Below, piece by piece: positions 1-13,076 of a DNA stretch of 64,000 bases (its first letter is position 1; each line of letters opens with the position of its first letter). Both the position numbers and the translations under genes were made by a program. Source of the stretch: an uncultured Gemmatimonadales bacterium (GTDB lineage Bacteria > Gemmatimonadota > Gemmatimonadetes > Gemmatimonadales > GWC2-71-9); NCBI GenBank assembly GCA_963828735.1, contig CAWHFW010000005.1, positions 2,016,001 through 2,080,000 on the forward strand, read 5' to 3'. Under the pieces are notes generated by a model. That model did not search any database. It saw only the letters and a list, made by a program, of their open reading frames with translations, and was not told the DNA's origin.

Positions 1-2488
<2,488 letters not shown>

Positions 2489-2637
2489 AGGGGGCCGGTA
2501 TGGGAAGTAGGGGAACTACATCACTATAGTAGAGCCGACGGGCGGCGGAGGGTAGCCATGGCCGCGCGAGCCTGGCACGTGGGCATGCCCCCGCCCGCTG
2601 CTCGCCTTGTCCTTTCCACGCGAGGCTGTGGATCGCT

Positions 2638-3033
2638 TCAGGGCCCGACCGTGATCGTCCCCACCATGTTCGGGTGGATCGCGCAGTGATAGCCGTAGGT
2701 GCCCGCCTGCAGTTGCACCAGGTATGTGGCCCCCGCCCCCAGCGGCTGCGAGGTGGCGAACGCCCCATTGTCCGAGGCAATCTGATGGGCCACCGCCGTG
2801 CCGCCGTACGCGCCCCCGCCGTCCGTGTTGACCCAGCGCACGGTCACGTCGGCCGCTTCGCCCAGGCTGAGCTGCTTGGGGTTGGGGCTGAACGCCGTCG
2901 TGGTGAGCTGAGACGCGCCCTTCACGATGTCGATGTCCCCCGGCGTGGGACTCGGTCCGGTGCTGTTGTCGGACCCGCAGGCGGCCGCGAGACCCAGGCT
3001 CAGCGCGTAGATCGCGATTGGCAGTCGGTGCAT
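2638..3033 (-). CDS. Cupredoxin/plastocyanin-like lipoprotein
   Basis: Lipobox LAAAC; C-terminal YHCAIHPNMVGTITV copper-ligand motif. Confidence 0.8.
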   Translation of the reverse strand: MHRLPIAIYALSLGLAAACGSDNSTGPSPTPGDIDIVKGASQLTTTAFSPNPKQLSLGEAADVTVRWVNTDGGGAYGGTAVAHQIASDNGAFATSQPLGAGATYLVQLQAGTYGYHCAIHPNMVGTITVGP

Positions 3034-3097
3034 CGTGCGTCATCCTTCCCGTTCGATGGTGGTCGTCGGCGATAATGATGCGCCGCACAGGCGCGCG

Positions 3098-3134
3098 GAT
3101 AGCTCTCCGCCGACAGCTCTCCGCCGATAGCTCC
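3098..3134. repeat. 14-bp tandem repeat (GAYAGCTCTCCGCC, about 2.6 copies)
   Basis: gatagctctccgcc gacagctctccgcc gatagctcc, directly after the stop of the MipA-like gene. Confidence 0.8.
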
Positions 3135-3974
3135 TTAGAACCGGTACCCCACCCCCGCTCCGCCCGCGACCTGCTCGCGGCGCCGCACCAACGGGCTGTT
3201 GGCGGCCGCGTCGGCAAGCCACTCCAATCCCCCGAATCCGATCAGAGACCAGCGAGGCGAAACGGAGTAGATGAGCGAGAGCCCGACGCCGAGGTGACGC
3301 AGTCCTCCGTCCGGCCGATACGGGCCGCTGTCGTCGGGTTCCAGTCGCCCGTCTCCCGCGTCGATGAGCGCCTGCCGCCGTGCCGCTTCGGCGTCGGTGA
3401 TCCCGAATTCCCGCCGCATCTGCTTGCCATCGGCGAGCGCCGCTCCGGCCCCGGCGACCAGCAAGGTTCTGCCGACCAGCCTGGTATAGACGATGCGCGT
3501 GGTCTGGATCAAGCCGGCGCCATCGTTCACGCCCTTCGACACGGCGACGATCCCCTCGAAGGCCCCGGTGCGATAGCTGAGGCTCGCGCCTGCGGTGGCG
3601 ACGGCGTCGCGGTCGTCCATCTCCGCGAGGGCATCCCCGCGTGACGCCGGGCGGCTGTCCTGCGCGCCGAGCTCGACGGCGAGCCTCACGTGCGACGTCC
3701 GGATGGGGTACGCGCCCAGCGCGAATCCGAGCCCGGTGCTGCTGGGGCCGAGATAGACTCGATCGCGGAAGCTCGCGCTGACCAGCGGGTACGGCACCAC
3801 CCGTGATTCGTCCGAGCCGGGATAGCGCGGGTAGGTGAGGACCCCCGCGCCCACGTTGATGTTCCAATCGGGAGCCGGAGGCTGTGAGTCCTGCGCCTGC
3901 CCGGCGCCCGACTCCTGTGCGAGGAGCCGGACCGGAACGGCCAGGGCGAGGACGATCGTGGGCCTGATTCGCAT
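3135..3974 (-). CDS. MipA/OmpV family outer membrane protein
   Basis: Signal peptide; PRYPGSDESRVVPYP motif; C-terminal GVGYRF beta-barrel signature. Confidence 0.85.
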   Translation of the reverse strand: MRIRPTIVLALAVPVRLLAQESGAGQAQDSQPPAPDWNINVGAGVLTYPRYPGSDESRVVPYPLVSASFRDRVYLGPSSTGLGFALGAYPIRTSHVRLAVELGAQDSRPASRGDALAEMDDRDAVATAGASLSYRTGAFEGIVAVSKGVNDGAGLIQTTRIVYTRLVGRTLLVAGAGAALADGKQMRREFGITDAEAARRQALIDAGDGRLEPDDSGPYRPDGGLRHLGVGLSLIYSVSPRWSLIGFGGLEWLADAAANSPLVRRREQVAGGAGVGYRF

Positions 3975-4046
3975 GCGCTGTTCCTGCGGCTCCGGAGAAC
4001 GAACTGCGCCACGCACGAGCGACTGTGCCGGCGCCGCGGACTCCGG

Positions 4047-6779
4047 CTACTGCGCGGCCAGCTTCTCGAACCGCGGATTCTTCCGCACCGGATCGAACGT
4101 GGGATCGATCCGGAGCCAGCCCGGCGTCAGGTGATACGGAATCCTGAGCAGCGGCTCGAGCTGATCGAGCGCCTTCTCCGGCTCCCCCACGAGCAGGTAG
4201 ATCCGGACCAGCTGCAGCTGAATGTACGGGCCGCCGAAGCCGTCCTTCGAGACCGGATTCAGCTCCACACCCCTGAGGCCCTCGCGGATGGCCTCGTCCT
4301 TCCGGCCGAGATAGGCGAGCACGATACCATGGAGTGAGTGGAGCTGCGCGTTGTCCGGCGTCGCCCGCAGCAGCGCCTCGAAGTCGATGCGCGCCGAGTC
4401 GGCGTACGCGCGGGCGCGAGACTGGTCCCCGCGGGCCGCGTAGACTTCGGCCAGCACGATCGCCCAGCTGGACCGACTGTTGTCGAACGCCCCGGGCGTG
4501 AGCCGGAGCAGGAGCTGCTGCTGATCGTCGTCCAGGATCCAGTACAGGTCGTCGTAGTTGGCGAAGAAGGCGACCAGCGACGCGGGCTCCACGACGCGCG
4601 GTACCGCGTGCATGACCCGCTGCGCGCCCGCGAGGTCTCCCTGCTGCAGGTAGATCTGCATCTTGCCCATCACCACGACCAGGTTGGACGGAGCCAACGC
4701 GAGCCCCCGGTCCGCCATGGCCAGGGCCTCGGGGTAGCGCCGCCGCCAGGCCAGCACCCGGGCCAGGCGCCGCGTCGTCGGCACTGAGCCTGGGTCCAGG
4801 GCCCGGGCTCGTTGGTAGTGCTCCTCGGCCGCGTCCCACCGGCCCAAGCGCTCCTCGACGAAGGCCTCCGCCGCGAGCAGGTCGGCGTTGTTCGGGGTGA
4901 CGCGTTGTCCCTGGGTGTATTGGTCCAGGGCGCGGGCGAAGTCGACGGCCGCGGTCTCATAGTACTTGCCCATGGCCAGGTGGGCCTCGGGACTCTGGGG
5001 CGCGAGCGCAACGACCCGCTGCGCGCCGGCCAGCGCCGCTTGGCCGTTCTCCGGCGTCGGCTCTCCCAGGACGTAGAGAAGGGAGTGTGCCTGGGAGAGC
5101 CGGGCCCACGCGAGCGCGAAGGTGGAGTCGAGCGCCACCGCCTGCTCGTAGTAGCCGAGCGCCCGGCGTAGCAGGACCGGGTCGATGACCGCGAGGCCGT
5201 TGGAGATCTCCTCCGCTTTCAGGTAGGCGTCGTAGGCCGCGAGATTCCTGGTCGGCTTCTCCTCGAGCGCCTTGCGCTCGCCCGAGCCGAGCGTCGCGCC
5301 GAGCGCCTGCGCCACCCGCGTGGCGACATCGGCCTGGACCTGGAACACGTCGGTCATCGAGGCGTCGAACGGCTCCTGCCAGCGGGTCCGCGGAGCGCTG
5401 CCCGACGAGACTTCGACCAGCTCGGGGCTCACCTGCACCCGGTTGGCGCCGCCCGCCCCCTTCTCCCATCGCACGGTGCCGGTCAGCAGGTAGCGTGCGC
5501 CCAGCTCGCGGGCGATCTGCTGCGGCGACTTGTCGGCCTTCTTGTACGGCACCGAGCTGCTGCGGGCGATCACCTGCACGCTGGGGATCGCGGCGAGCTT
5601 CCCCCGCACGGCGTCCGTCACCCCATCGGCGAAGTACTCGTCCTCGCTGGGACCCAGGTTCTCGAACGGGAGCACCGCGAGCACGGTCGAGCCGCCGGCC
5701 CCCGCGGCGGTCTCACCGCCGGAGTGCCGCCAGGCGAAGAGGATTCCGACACCGATGAGCAGCCCGACCACCAGCGCGGCGGCCGTGGCGGGGAATCGGC
5801 GGGTTCGTGCCGGGGGCACGACCGGAGCAGGGAAGGGGGCATCGGCGCGCGCCTCGGCGGGCGCAGGCGGAGCGACCGCGACAGTGGCCCCCGACGTCGT
5901 TCCGGTCGGCGCGGCCTGCAGCGCCTGGGCGAACTGGGCAGCGGTGGCAAACCGGTCCGCCGCGATCGGCGCCAGCGCGCGCCGAATCGCCTGGTCCACC
6001 GGCTCCGGCACGTTGGGCCGCACCGACCGCACGCTCGGCGGCGGCTCGGTCAGGCGCTTCACGATCATCGCCTGCGCCGTGGCGCCGGTGAACGGCGCCT
6101 CGCCGGCCAGCATCTCGTACAGCACCGCGCCCAGACTGTAGATGTCGGTGCGGACGTCGAGGCCCTTGTCCCCACTCGCCTGCTCCGGGCTCATGTAGGC
6201 CGGCGTGCCCACCACGAGGCCCGTCTCGGTGAGCCGCGCCTCGTCCTTCCCAGCCTCGAGCGCCCGCGCGATCCCGAAGTCGGCCACCAGGGTGTTGCCG
6301 TCCCGGGTGAGGAGGAGATTCTCCGGCTTGACGTCCCGATGAATCACACCAGCCTCGTGCGCGTACTGCAGCGCCTGCGCCGCCTCGCGCGCGATGCGCA
6401 AGGCGTCCTCCACCGGCAGTTGCCGCTCGCGCATGAGCCGGGCGCGGAGCGACTCGCCGTCCACATACGGCATGGTGAACCACAGCCGGGATCCACCCGC
6501 TTCCCGGGTACCCGCCTCGGCCGTCGTGGTCTGCCCCGAGTCCAGCACGGTCAGGATGTGGGGATGCTGCAGCCGGGCGGCCAGCCGGATCTCGCGCTGG
6601 AAGCGCTCCGGGCCGAGCACCTGGCCCAGCTCGGCATGGAGCACCTTGAGGGCGACGGGACGGTCGTGCTTGAGGTCGCGGGCGAGATAGACCGTGGCCA
6701 TGCCGCCGCGGCCGAGCTCGCGCTCGAGCACGTAGCTGGGGGCCAAGGATGCCTGGAGCTGCTCCCGCAAGTCGCTCAT
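4047..6779 (-). CDS. Ser/Thr protein kinase - TM - TolB_N-like - TPR receptor
   Basis: Intact Hanks motifs, TM, LAVLPFENLG, TPR repeats, C-terminal DPTFDPVRKNPRF. Start taken at MSDLREQ. Confidence 0.93.
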   Translation of the reverse strand: MSDLREQLQASLAPSYVLERELGRGGMATVYLARDLKHDRPVALKVLHAELGQVLGPERFQREIRLAARLQHPHILTVLDSGQTTTAEAGTREAGGSRLWFTMPYVDGESLRARLMRERQLPVEDALRIAREAAQALQYAHEAGVIHRDVKPENLLLTRDGNTLVADFGIARALEAGKDEARLTETGLVVGTPAYMSPEQASGDKGLDVRTDIYSLGAVLYEMLAGEAPFTGATAQAMIVKRLTEPPPSVRSVRPNVPEPVDQAIRRALAPIAADRFATAAQFAQALQAAPTGTTSGATVAVAPPAPAEARADAPFPAPVVPPARTRRFPATAAALVVGLLIGVGILFAWRHSGGETAAGAGGSTVLAVLPFENLGPSEDEYFADGVTDAVRGKLAAIPSVQVIARSSSVPYKKADKSPQQIARELGARYLLTGTVRWEKGAGGANRVQVSPELVEVSSGSAPRTRWQEPFDASMTDVFQVQADVATRVAQALGATLGSGERKALEEKPTRNLAAYDAYLKAEEISNGLAVIDPVLLRRALGYYEQAVALDSTFALAWARLSQAHSLLYVLGEPTPENGQAALAGAQRVVALAPQSPEAHLAMGKYYETAAVDFARALDQYTQGQRVTPNNADLLAAEAFVEERLGRWDAAEEHYQRARALDPGSVPTTRRLARVLAWRRRYPEALAMADRGLALAPSNLVVVMGKMQIYLQQGDLAGAQRVMHAVPRVVEPASLVAFFANYDDLYWILDDDQQQLLLRLTPGAFDNSRSSWAIVLAEVYAARGDQSRARAYADSARIDFEALLRATPDNAQLHSLHGIVLAYLGRKDEAIREGLRGVELNPVSKDGFGGPYIQLQLVRIYLLVGEPEKALDQLEPLLRIPYHLTPGWLRIDPTFDPVRKNPRFEKLAAQ

Positions 6780-6985
6780 CGGTGGGGTTGGTGTGGGGGG
6801 ATTGCCGTGCCACGCCAATAGTAGAGGAATGCGGCGGGTGGGGGAAGGTGATCGCGCGGTGGAACCCTCTCGCGGGTGTGAGGTTAGTCGCCGGCACCCG
6901 CACTCGGCGGTTCGACCCCGACGGAATGGCGGCCGCAAACGCCGGTTGCCATCGAGGTCGCGCCGCCCCGGAGCAAGGCGCCTGG

Positions 6986-8185
6986 TCACGGATGGCAGAC
7001 GATGTCCTGATCGTACTGGGTGATGTCGCCCGGGCCGACCTTGAGCCGCACCGTCTTCCGACCCCGGCCCGCCACGTTCTCCGGCAGCTCGTGCTGCATC
7101 GCGATGCCCTCTACCTGCCCGCCACCGTCGTCGTACCGGGTGATCTGGTGATCCGCGACCTCCGCCTCGTAGGGCTCGCCGGCAGGCGCACCGGTGGCCG
7201 GATCCACTGGCGTCAGGCGGAGGCGGCCCGAGGCGTGGAACTCACTCACGAGTGCGCCCGACGGATTCACCCGCACCTCCTTGCGCAGCTCGACCGGCCC
7301 CTGCGCGTGCAAATACTCATCGGCGCTCGCCGTGCAGAAAGGCCTGGGAATGATCTGGTCGAAGTTGATCACGAACTGCTGCGTCGTCCCGACTGCCGCT
7401 GGCGCGCTCCCGCCCAGGGCAAACCGGGTGGCCCGTCCGTCCGTGGCGATGCCGACCGGCCCGCTCACCTGGCCCGCGGGGCCGCCGATGAGGGCGCGCA
7501 GCTCCGGCGGCAGCAGGTTGTAGATGGTCGGGGGGATCTCGCGGAACGTGGGTGCTCCGTTGATCTGTGCTGTCGGTGCGGGCGCCGCCGCCAAGAGCCC
7601 GCTCCTCGCCAGGTCCGCCGTCACCAGTTGCTCCGCCAGCTCCCAGCTCAGCACCTGATGGTCCGTGGTGCCGGGAATGAGCAGCTCGAAGTGCGCGTTG
7701 CCGAGCGTGAGCGGGCCCGCCTGAAACAGGCGAACGTGGAAGCGCACGGGACCGAACACGCCGCACGCCAGCTGCACGGCGCTCCCGACCCAGCCGCGTT
7801 CGGCGCCATAGCCGGTCTGGAGATCACCGATCGCGTCAGTCCAGGTACAGGTGAACGGCGCGACCGACGGGAAGCCGAACGCGGTCCGGTCACCCGATAG
7901 CGCGAGGAGTGCGGCGCGGATGGCGCGAGGATCCGCCCGACCGCTGAAGACGAGGTTGATCGGATCCTGCGGTGTGCCCGAGAAATCGGCTCCGGTGTAG
8001 GGCCAGATCGCGAGGGAGCCCGGGTCGGCTGGAAGCGAGACCAGTGTAAGCGGTGGCGCCGCCTGCGCGCCTAGGGACGGACCGGCCGGGTCGGCAGGAG
8101 GCGTGTCGCGATCGCAGGCCGCGAGGGCGCACGAGAGCAGGAGTGCGGCGGCGACACGGCCGCGGAAGAACTGTGAAGGCTGCAT
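6986..8185 (-). CDS. Hypothetical lipoprotein
   Basis: Lipobox LAAC after a hydrophobic stretch; long ORF with typical codon usage; contains DPINLVF and FHVRLF motifs. Confidence 0.75.
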   Translation of the reverse strand: MQPSQFFRGRVAAALLLSCALAACDRDTPPADPAGPSLGAQAAPPLTLVSLPADPGSLAIWPYTGADFSGTPQDPINLVFSGRADPRAIRAALLALSGDRTAFGFPSVAPFTCTWTDAIGDLQTGYGAERGWVGSAVQLACGVFGPVRFHVRLFQAGPLTLGNAHFELLIPGTTDHQVLSWELAEQLVTADLARSGLLAAAPAPTAQINGAPTFREIPPTIYNLLPPELRALIGGPAGQVSGPVGIATDGRATRFALGGSAPAAVGTTQQFVINFDQIIPRPFCTASADEYLHAQGPVELRKEVRVNPSGALVSEFHASGRLRLTPVDPATGAPAGEPYEAEVADHQITRYDDGGGQVEGIAMQHELPENVAGRGRKTVRLKVGPGDITQYDQDIVCHP

Positions 8186-8228
8186 GGAGACGCTCCGGGC
8201 GATGGGGGAAGCCAGCGTGCGACGCGAA

Positions 8229-8260
8229 ATCCTGGCTTCCGCGGTCAAGCGATGGTCAAG
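8229..8260 (-). promoter_or_regulatory. 11-bp-period direct repeat plus -10-like hexamer (candidate BTAD/SARP site)
   Basis: Minus strand CTTGACC-ATCG-CTTGACC-GCGGAAGC-CAGGAT upstream of the lipoprotein gene. Confidence 0.55.
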
Positions 8261-8400
8261 TCAGGGGATCAGGAGGAACCGGCAGGCCCTGACGGTCGCG
8301 GGACGAGCGCCAGGCGAATCGCGCGGGCAGGCTGCCCGCTCGGACATGGGGCTTGTCCGGGAGTAGGCGCGAAGGTTGTAACGGAGGGCTCGAGCGGCGG

Positions 8401-10299
8401 TCAGGTATCCTCGTCGGCCGCCTCGAGCAGGCGCCGGCGTTGTCCCGGGGTGAGCATGTCCCGTTCGACCACCTGCTGGACGATGCGGGCCACGAACCCG
8501 TATCCGCGCGGCTCGGAGACGAGCCAGTGATGCCACTCGGCCTCGTCGAGCGCGCGGTGCACCGCATCGAGCGGCTCGCCAAGCGCCCTGGCGATACGGG
8601 TGGCGGCCACGCGGTCGCCCAGCACGGATGCCGCGGCGAGGACCCGCTGGGCCTCCGGTGAGCGCCGGCGGAACCCGATACGGATCGCTGCGACGACCGC
8701 GTCGGGCAGATCGCCGGGCAGGCTCTGATCGAGCGTGCGCTGCGGGTCGGGCCACGCACTCGACGTCGCCCCGAGGTCCAGCCCGAGGGCCACGGCCCGG
8801 AGCAGCTCGACGGCGATGAGCGGCAGGCAACCCGAATCAAGGGCCACCCGTCGGACGACGCGATCCAGCTGGACCGAGTCATACCCGGGCAACAGGCGCT
8901 CGGCGAGCTCGCGGAGCGCCGTCGTCGTGAACGGCGCCGTGTGGATGGCCGCACCGCCCAGGTCGCGGCCGATGCGGCTCCTGAGATCATCCAGGTCAGG
9001 TCTCGGCACGTGGTGAGAGAGCGTCAGCACCACGATCACAGGCGCCGCGGTCAGGTCGCGCAGCAGCGCCACGAGCGAGGCGGCAGAGTCGTCGTCGAGC
9101 CACTGGGCGTCGTCGACCGCGAGCACCACCGGCTGCTCCGCCGCGGCAGTCCGCGTCACCTCGGCGAGCGCTCGTCCCAGAGAGCACGGCGCCGCCGCCA
9201 CGGAGGAAAAGCGCTCGGCCCACTCCGGAAGCGCGGCCGCCAGGGCCGCGATGGCGTCGGGCGTCGCACCGGCGATCCCCGCGGCGTCCCGCAGCCCTCC
9301 GCGAGCGAGCACCAGCAGGCCGCTCCATGGCTGGGTTCGATCACCCTCGACGGCGCGCGCCGCCGAGACCGCCGCGCCGTCGAGACGCAGGCGGGCGAGC
9401 AGCTCGTCGGCGAGCCGCGTCTTTCCCGAGCCGATCTCGCCTTCGATGAAAAGCACCGCGGCGCGGCGCGTGGTGACCGAGGTGGCTGCGGCATCGAGCA
9501 GCCGCTGCAACTCCGTCGCGCGACCGGCGAGGGGCAGCCGGTCGAGCACGCCGGGCGCCTCGGCGAGGGGACCCGGTTCGGGACGCACCAGGTGCTGCTT
9601 CGCCACACGTTCGGCGAGATCGTCGGTGGCGCGTTCCGGGATGACATCGAGCTCCGCCAGGAGCGCGACGAACCGGGAGTGCTCCTCGAGCGCGGCAACG
9701 CGATCGCCGGCGAGCGCCAGGCTCCGCATGACCGCGCGCACGGCGCGCTCGGCGCGAGGGTCGAGCCGCAGGGCACGGCGCGCGGCCCACGCAGCCTCGG
9801 CGGCCTGGCCCGACCGGAGCAGGCTCTCCGCGTACTGGACCAGCACGTCCACCGAGCGCCCCCGCCAGTGGGTGCGCTCGGCGCCGAGCCAGTCCTCGAA
9901 CGCCGACGCGTCGTCGAGGCCGAAACCCTCGAGGAATTCTCCGGTCACCAGCGCGGCCGCGGCGCTCCAGTCCTCTCGGGCGGCTAGCGCCTCGAACTCG
10001 TCCAGGTCGAGACGGACGGCGTCGGGGCTCAGGCGCAGGAGCCCGCCCTCGCCGCCGATCGCCTCATTTCCCAGATGCCGGCGGATGTGCCCCAGCGCGA
10101 CGTTGAGCGAGTGCCTTGCTCTCGCTTCCTCGCTCTCCGCCCACAGCAGGCCGATGAGGTGCTCGCGCGTCCTGCCGCGGCGACCGGAGCGCGCCAGATA
10201 CACCAGGAGCGCCAGATGCTTCTTCCAGAGCAGCTCGGGCGGCGCCATCGCGCCGTCGAGGGTGAGCTCGACCGGGCCCAGTGTTCGGCAGCTCGTCAT
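8401..10299 (-). CDS. SARP/AfsR-like regulator: OmpR-type wHTH + BTAD + AAA (STAND-like) ATPase
   Basis: LALLVYLA...TREHLIGLLW wHTH; FEDWLGAER BTAD; Walker A GEIGSGKT; Walker B VLAVDDAQW. ATGA overlap with the upstream gene. Confidence 0.9.
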   Translation of the reverse strand: MTSCRTLGPVELTLDGAMAPPELLWKKHLALLVYLARSGRRGRTREHLIGLLWAESEEARARHSLNVALGHIRRHLGNEAIGGEGGLLRLSPDAVRLDLDEFEALAAREDWSAAAALVTGEFLEGFGLDDASAFEDWLGAERTHWRGRSVDVLVQYAESLLRSGQAAEAAWAARRALRLDPRAERAVRAVMRSLALAGDRVAALEEHSRFVALLAELDVIPERATDDLAERVAKQHLVRPEPGPLAEAPGVLDRLPLAGRATELQRLLDAAATSVTTRRAAVLFIEGEIGSGKTRLADELLARLRLDGAAVSAARAVEGDRTQPWSGLLVLARGGLRDAAGIAGATPDAIAALAAALPEWAERFSSVAAAPCSLGRALAEVTRTAAAEQPVVLAVDDAQWLDDDSAASLVALLRDLTAAPVIVVLTLSHHVPRPDLDDLRSRIGRDLGGAAIHTAPFTTTALRELAERLLPGYDSVQLDRVVRRVALDSGCLPLIAVELLRAVALGLDLGATSSAWPDPQRTLDQSLPGDLPDAVVAAIRIGFRRRSPEAQRVLAAASVLGDRVAATRIARALGEPLDAVHRALDEAEWHHWLVSEPRGYGFVARIVQQVVERDMLTPGQRRRLLEAADEDT

Positions 10300-13076
10300 G
10301 CCGCGCAGGCCCGGCCACCCGCGCGCGCCACGGCCGCGGCCTGCAGTGGCCGCATGTCGGCCTCGCTCCCGCTCCAGAGCTCGACCACTCTGCGGAGCGT
10401 GGCGCACCCGGCGACGGTGTCGGCGGCCGTCGCGCCGGATGTCAGGAGGGCCTCGCCACGCCGCCAGCGCACGTACGTGCCGAGTGCCGCGTCGATCTCG
10501 CCGGCTTGAGGCGCGCCCACGGGCCAGCCCTCGAAGTCCGATCCGTCGATCCAGCGCAGGTCCCGCTCGGCGGCGGCGACGTTGCCCCGCGCCATGTGCC
10601 AATCGGCGCGGAGCAGATGGTAGACCGCCCCGGCGAACGGATCGGGAGGCTGGTTCACGCTCACCGCGCCGCGAACCGAGTCCGAGACGTCGAGCGCCCG
10701 CGAGAGGTCACCACCCTTGCCGGCGATGACGGCGCGGAGCAGCACACCGAGCGGGGAGCCGGGCGCCAACTGCTCGAGCCGAGTCGCCTGGCCACGTGCG
10801 GCAGCCGTGTCGCCGGAGGCGACGTGTCCCAGCGCGAGGGCCCACCGGATCCGCGTCTCCAGGCGGGCGGTGGTCGTGTCCGCCAGCATCTGCTCCAGCG
10901 GCTCGCGCCAGCGAGGTGCGGACGCCGGAATGACGGAGAGCCCGACCAGCCGCGGGATGACCTCCCATTCGGCCCGCTGAAGGCGGACCTCGGGGGAGGG
11001 CCAGTCGGCGATGGACGAATCGAGCTGCGCGAGCGCCTCGGATGTCCGGCCCAGGGCCAGCAGCCCGATGGCAATGCCGTTCCGTGCGCTCGCGCGCGCC
11101 GAGTCGGTCGACGACTCACGATCGAGGAGGATGCGGCAGAGACCGATCTGAGCTCCGGGAATGTCGAACCAGGGAGCGCCGAGCCGTGCGACCTGCGACA
11201 CGCCGGCGAGCGTCGCGGAGTCGCCCGTGCGCTCGAGCCACCAGCGCGCGAGTCGGCCGCGCCACGGGCGGAAGCGCTCGTCATAGGCCAGCTTCATGAG
11301 CCGCACCTTGTCGAGGTCGCCCGGCCATGACTTGACCTCGATGGCTTGCCGGAGAGCGAGCGTGTACTGGGCGTGCTCTTTCCTCCCGGCGCGAAGATCC
11401 GCGGCGAAGATGTGGTTGTAAGGGTCGGCGAACGAGGAATCGAGCGCGATCGTCTCGCGCATGCCGCGAATGGCGAGCTCGATGTCCCGCCCGACCAGCG
11501 GTCCGCGGTGGAAGAGCTCGTGCGCGTAGAGATACTGCAGGTAGGCGTCGGGCCGTGCGTGCGACACCACCGAGTCGAGCCGCCGGAGCCGGCGGTCGAC
11601 GTCGGGCTCGAGGAACGCCTTCACGACCGCGCGGTCGGTCGGCCGAAGGCGATCCCCGAGGCGCCCGTCCAGCTCGCGCAGGTCCCCGAGATAGTCGTAG
11701 GGGCGCCGCTCCCAGTGCCTGACGTTGGCCAACCGCCAGCGTGCCAGCGCAAACGTGGAGTCGGCATCGATCGCGGCCTCGTACCGCTGCTCGGCGAGCG
11801 TCCACTCGTCCCGGTCGTACGCCGCCTCGCCCTGGAGAAAGCTCTTCAACGCCTCGAACGGCACGCCGGCGAAGTCCCGCAGCTCCCCGACTCGGGGCTC
11901 GAGCTCGGGCGCCACGATGTTGAGCACCGGCAACGACAGTCGCTCGGTGAGCCCGACGAGGTCGGCCACCGTGCCGGTCACCTCGACGTACTCCTTGGCG
12001 CCGCGCCAGGAGTAGAGGGTGAGGCCCACCCGCACGCGATCGCCCGACCGCCTCGCCTGCCCGTGCGCCACCCACTGCACGCCGAGGTCACGCGGGGCCT
12101 GATTCTGAATTCCGCCCGCGTCGTAGCCGGTCTGCGCCGCCCATCGCGCGATCCGGCGCGGCGACGTCATGTGGAGCCCCGAAACGTCACTCAAGGTCAG
12201 GGACAGCAGGTGGGCCATCGCGGTCCCGAGCGAATCTCCGGCCGGGCCTCCGATCGCTTCGAGCGGGAGCACGGCGATCTCGTTCGACGGCGGCCCGGGT
12301 GGCCGGCGCAGCCAGTGCCAGGCGGCCGCGCCCGTGAGGGTCAGTACCGTGAGGGCCAACAGCGCGAGCCCCGCCACCCTGATGGGCCCGCTCGCCAGGG
12401 TGAGCCTCCGGCGGAACGAGGCCGCGTGGGGGTCAGGCGCGAGCGCACATCGGAGGGCCGGCCGCAGGCGGAGCGGGACCGCCGCGAGCGCCTCGCGGCT
12501 CGTGCCTGCAGCCTCCCACCGTCGGCCCGTCACCGCCTGGTAGATGACGCGCGAGACCAGCACGAGTCCGGTGCGCTCGGTGCTCGAATCGGCTGGAGCG
12601 GCGCCAATGCCGTCGAGCACCAGGCGCCCGGGTTGTCGTACCACCGTGTCTGGCGACAGTTGGGGATGCGCGACGCCCCGCGCGCGCGACGCCTCGAGCG
12701 CCGCAAGCAGCTCGAGGCCGTAGCGTATGGCCTCACCTACAGGTACGGGCCCACTTGCCAGATGCTCGGCGAGCGGCTCCCCCGGCACGTGCTCCAGCGC
12801 GGCGTACGCGAAATCTCCGAAGGCGTCGGCCCGGTGGACTGAGCGGACGCCGGGATGACCGACGCGAGCGAGCAGGCGGATGCTCGCCACGAACGCCTCC
12901 GCGCGCGCCGTGGTGCGCTGGTCGGGAGCGAGCATCACCAGCAGGACCGCCCGGTCGAGCCGGAGATCCTGCGCCAGGACGCGCACGAGCCCGTCCTCCT
13001 CGCCGAGCACGCGCTCCAGCCGATATTCCCGGGCCAGGCCCGTGCGATCCCACGCCAGATGTTCGATGTCGATCAT
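10296..13076 (-). CDS. Receptor pseudokinase - TM - TolB_N-like - TPR
   Basis: Kinase-like N-terminus with catalytic motifs lost ([23 protein letters not shown]). Ectodomain paralogous to 13073-15913. Confidence 0.85.
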   Translation of the reverse strand: MIDIEHLAWDRTGLAREYRLERVLGEEDGLVRVLAQDLRLDRAVLLVMLAPDQRTTARAEAFVASIRLLARVGHPGVRSVHRADAFGDFAYAALEHVPGEPLAEHLASGPVPVGEAIRYGLELLAALEASRARGVAHPQLSPDTVVRQPGRLVLDGIGAAPADSSTERTGLVLVSRVIYQAVTGRRWEAAGTSREALAAVPLRLRPALRCALAPDPHAASFRRRLTLASGPIRVAGLALLALTVLTLTGAAAWHWLRRPPGPPSNEIAVLPLEAIGGPAGDSLGTAMAHLLSLTLSDVSGLHMTSPRRIARWAAQTGYDAGGIQNQAPRDLGVQWVAHGQARRSGDRVRVGLTLYSWRGAKEYVEVTGTVADLVGLTERLSLPVLNIVAPELEPRVGELRDFAGVPFEALKSFLQGEAAYDRDEWTLAEQRYEAAIDADSTFALARWRLANVRHWERRPYDYLGDLRELDGRLGDRLRPTDRAVVKAFLEPDVDRRLRRLDSVVSHARPDAYLQYLYAHELFHRGPLVGRDIELAIRGMRETIALDSSFADPYNHIFAADLRAGRKEHAQYTLALRQAIEVKSWPGDLDKVRLMKLAYDERFRPWRGRLARWWLERTGDSATLAGVSQVARLGAPWFDIPGAQIGLCRILLDRESSTDSARASARNGIAIGLLALGRTSEALAQLDSSIADWPSPEVRLQRAEWEVIPRLVGLSVIPASAPRWREPLEQMLADTTTARLETRIRWALALGHVASGDTAAARGQATRLEQLAPGSPLGVLLRAVIAGKGGDLSRALDVSDSVRGAVSVNQPPDPFAGAVYHLLRADWHMARGNVAAAERDLRWIDGSDFEGWPVGAPQAGEIDAALGTYVRWRRGEALLTSGATAADTVAGCATLRRVVELWSGSEADMRPLQAAAVARAGGRACAA

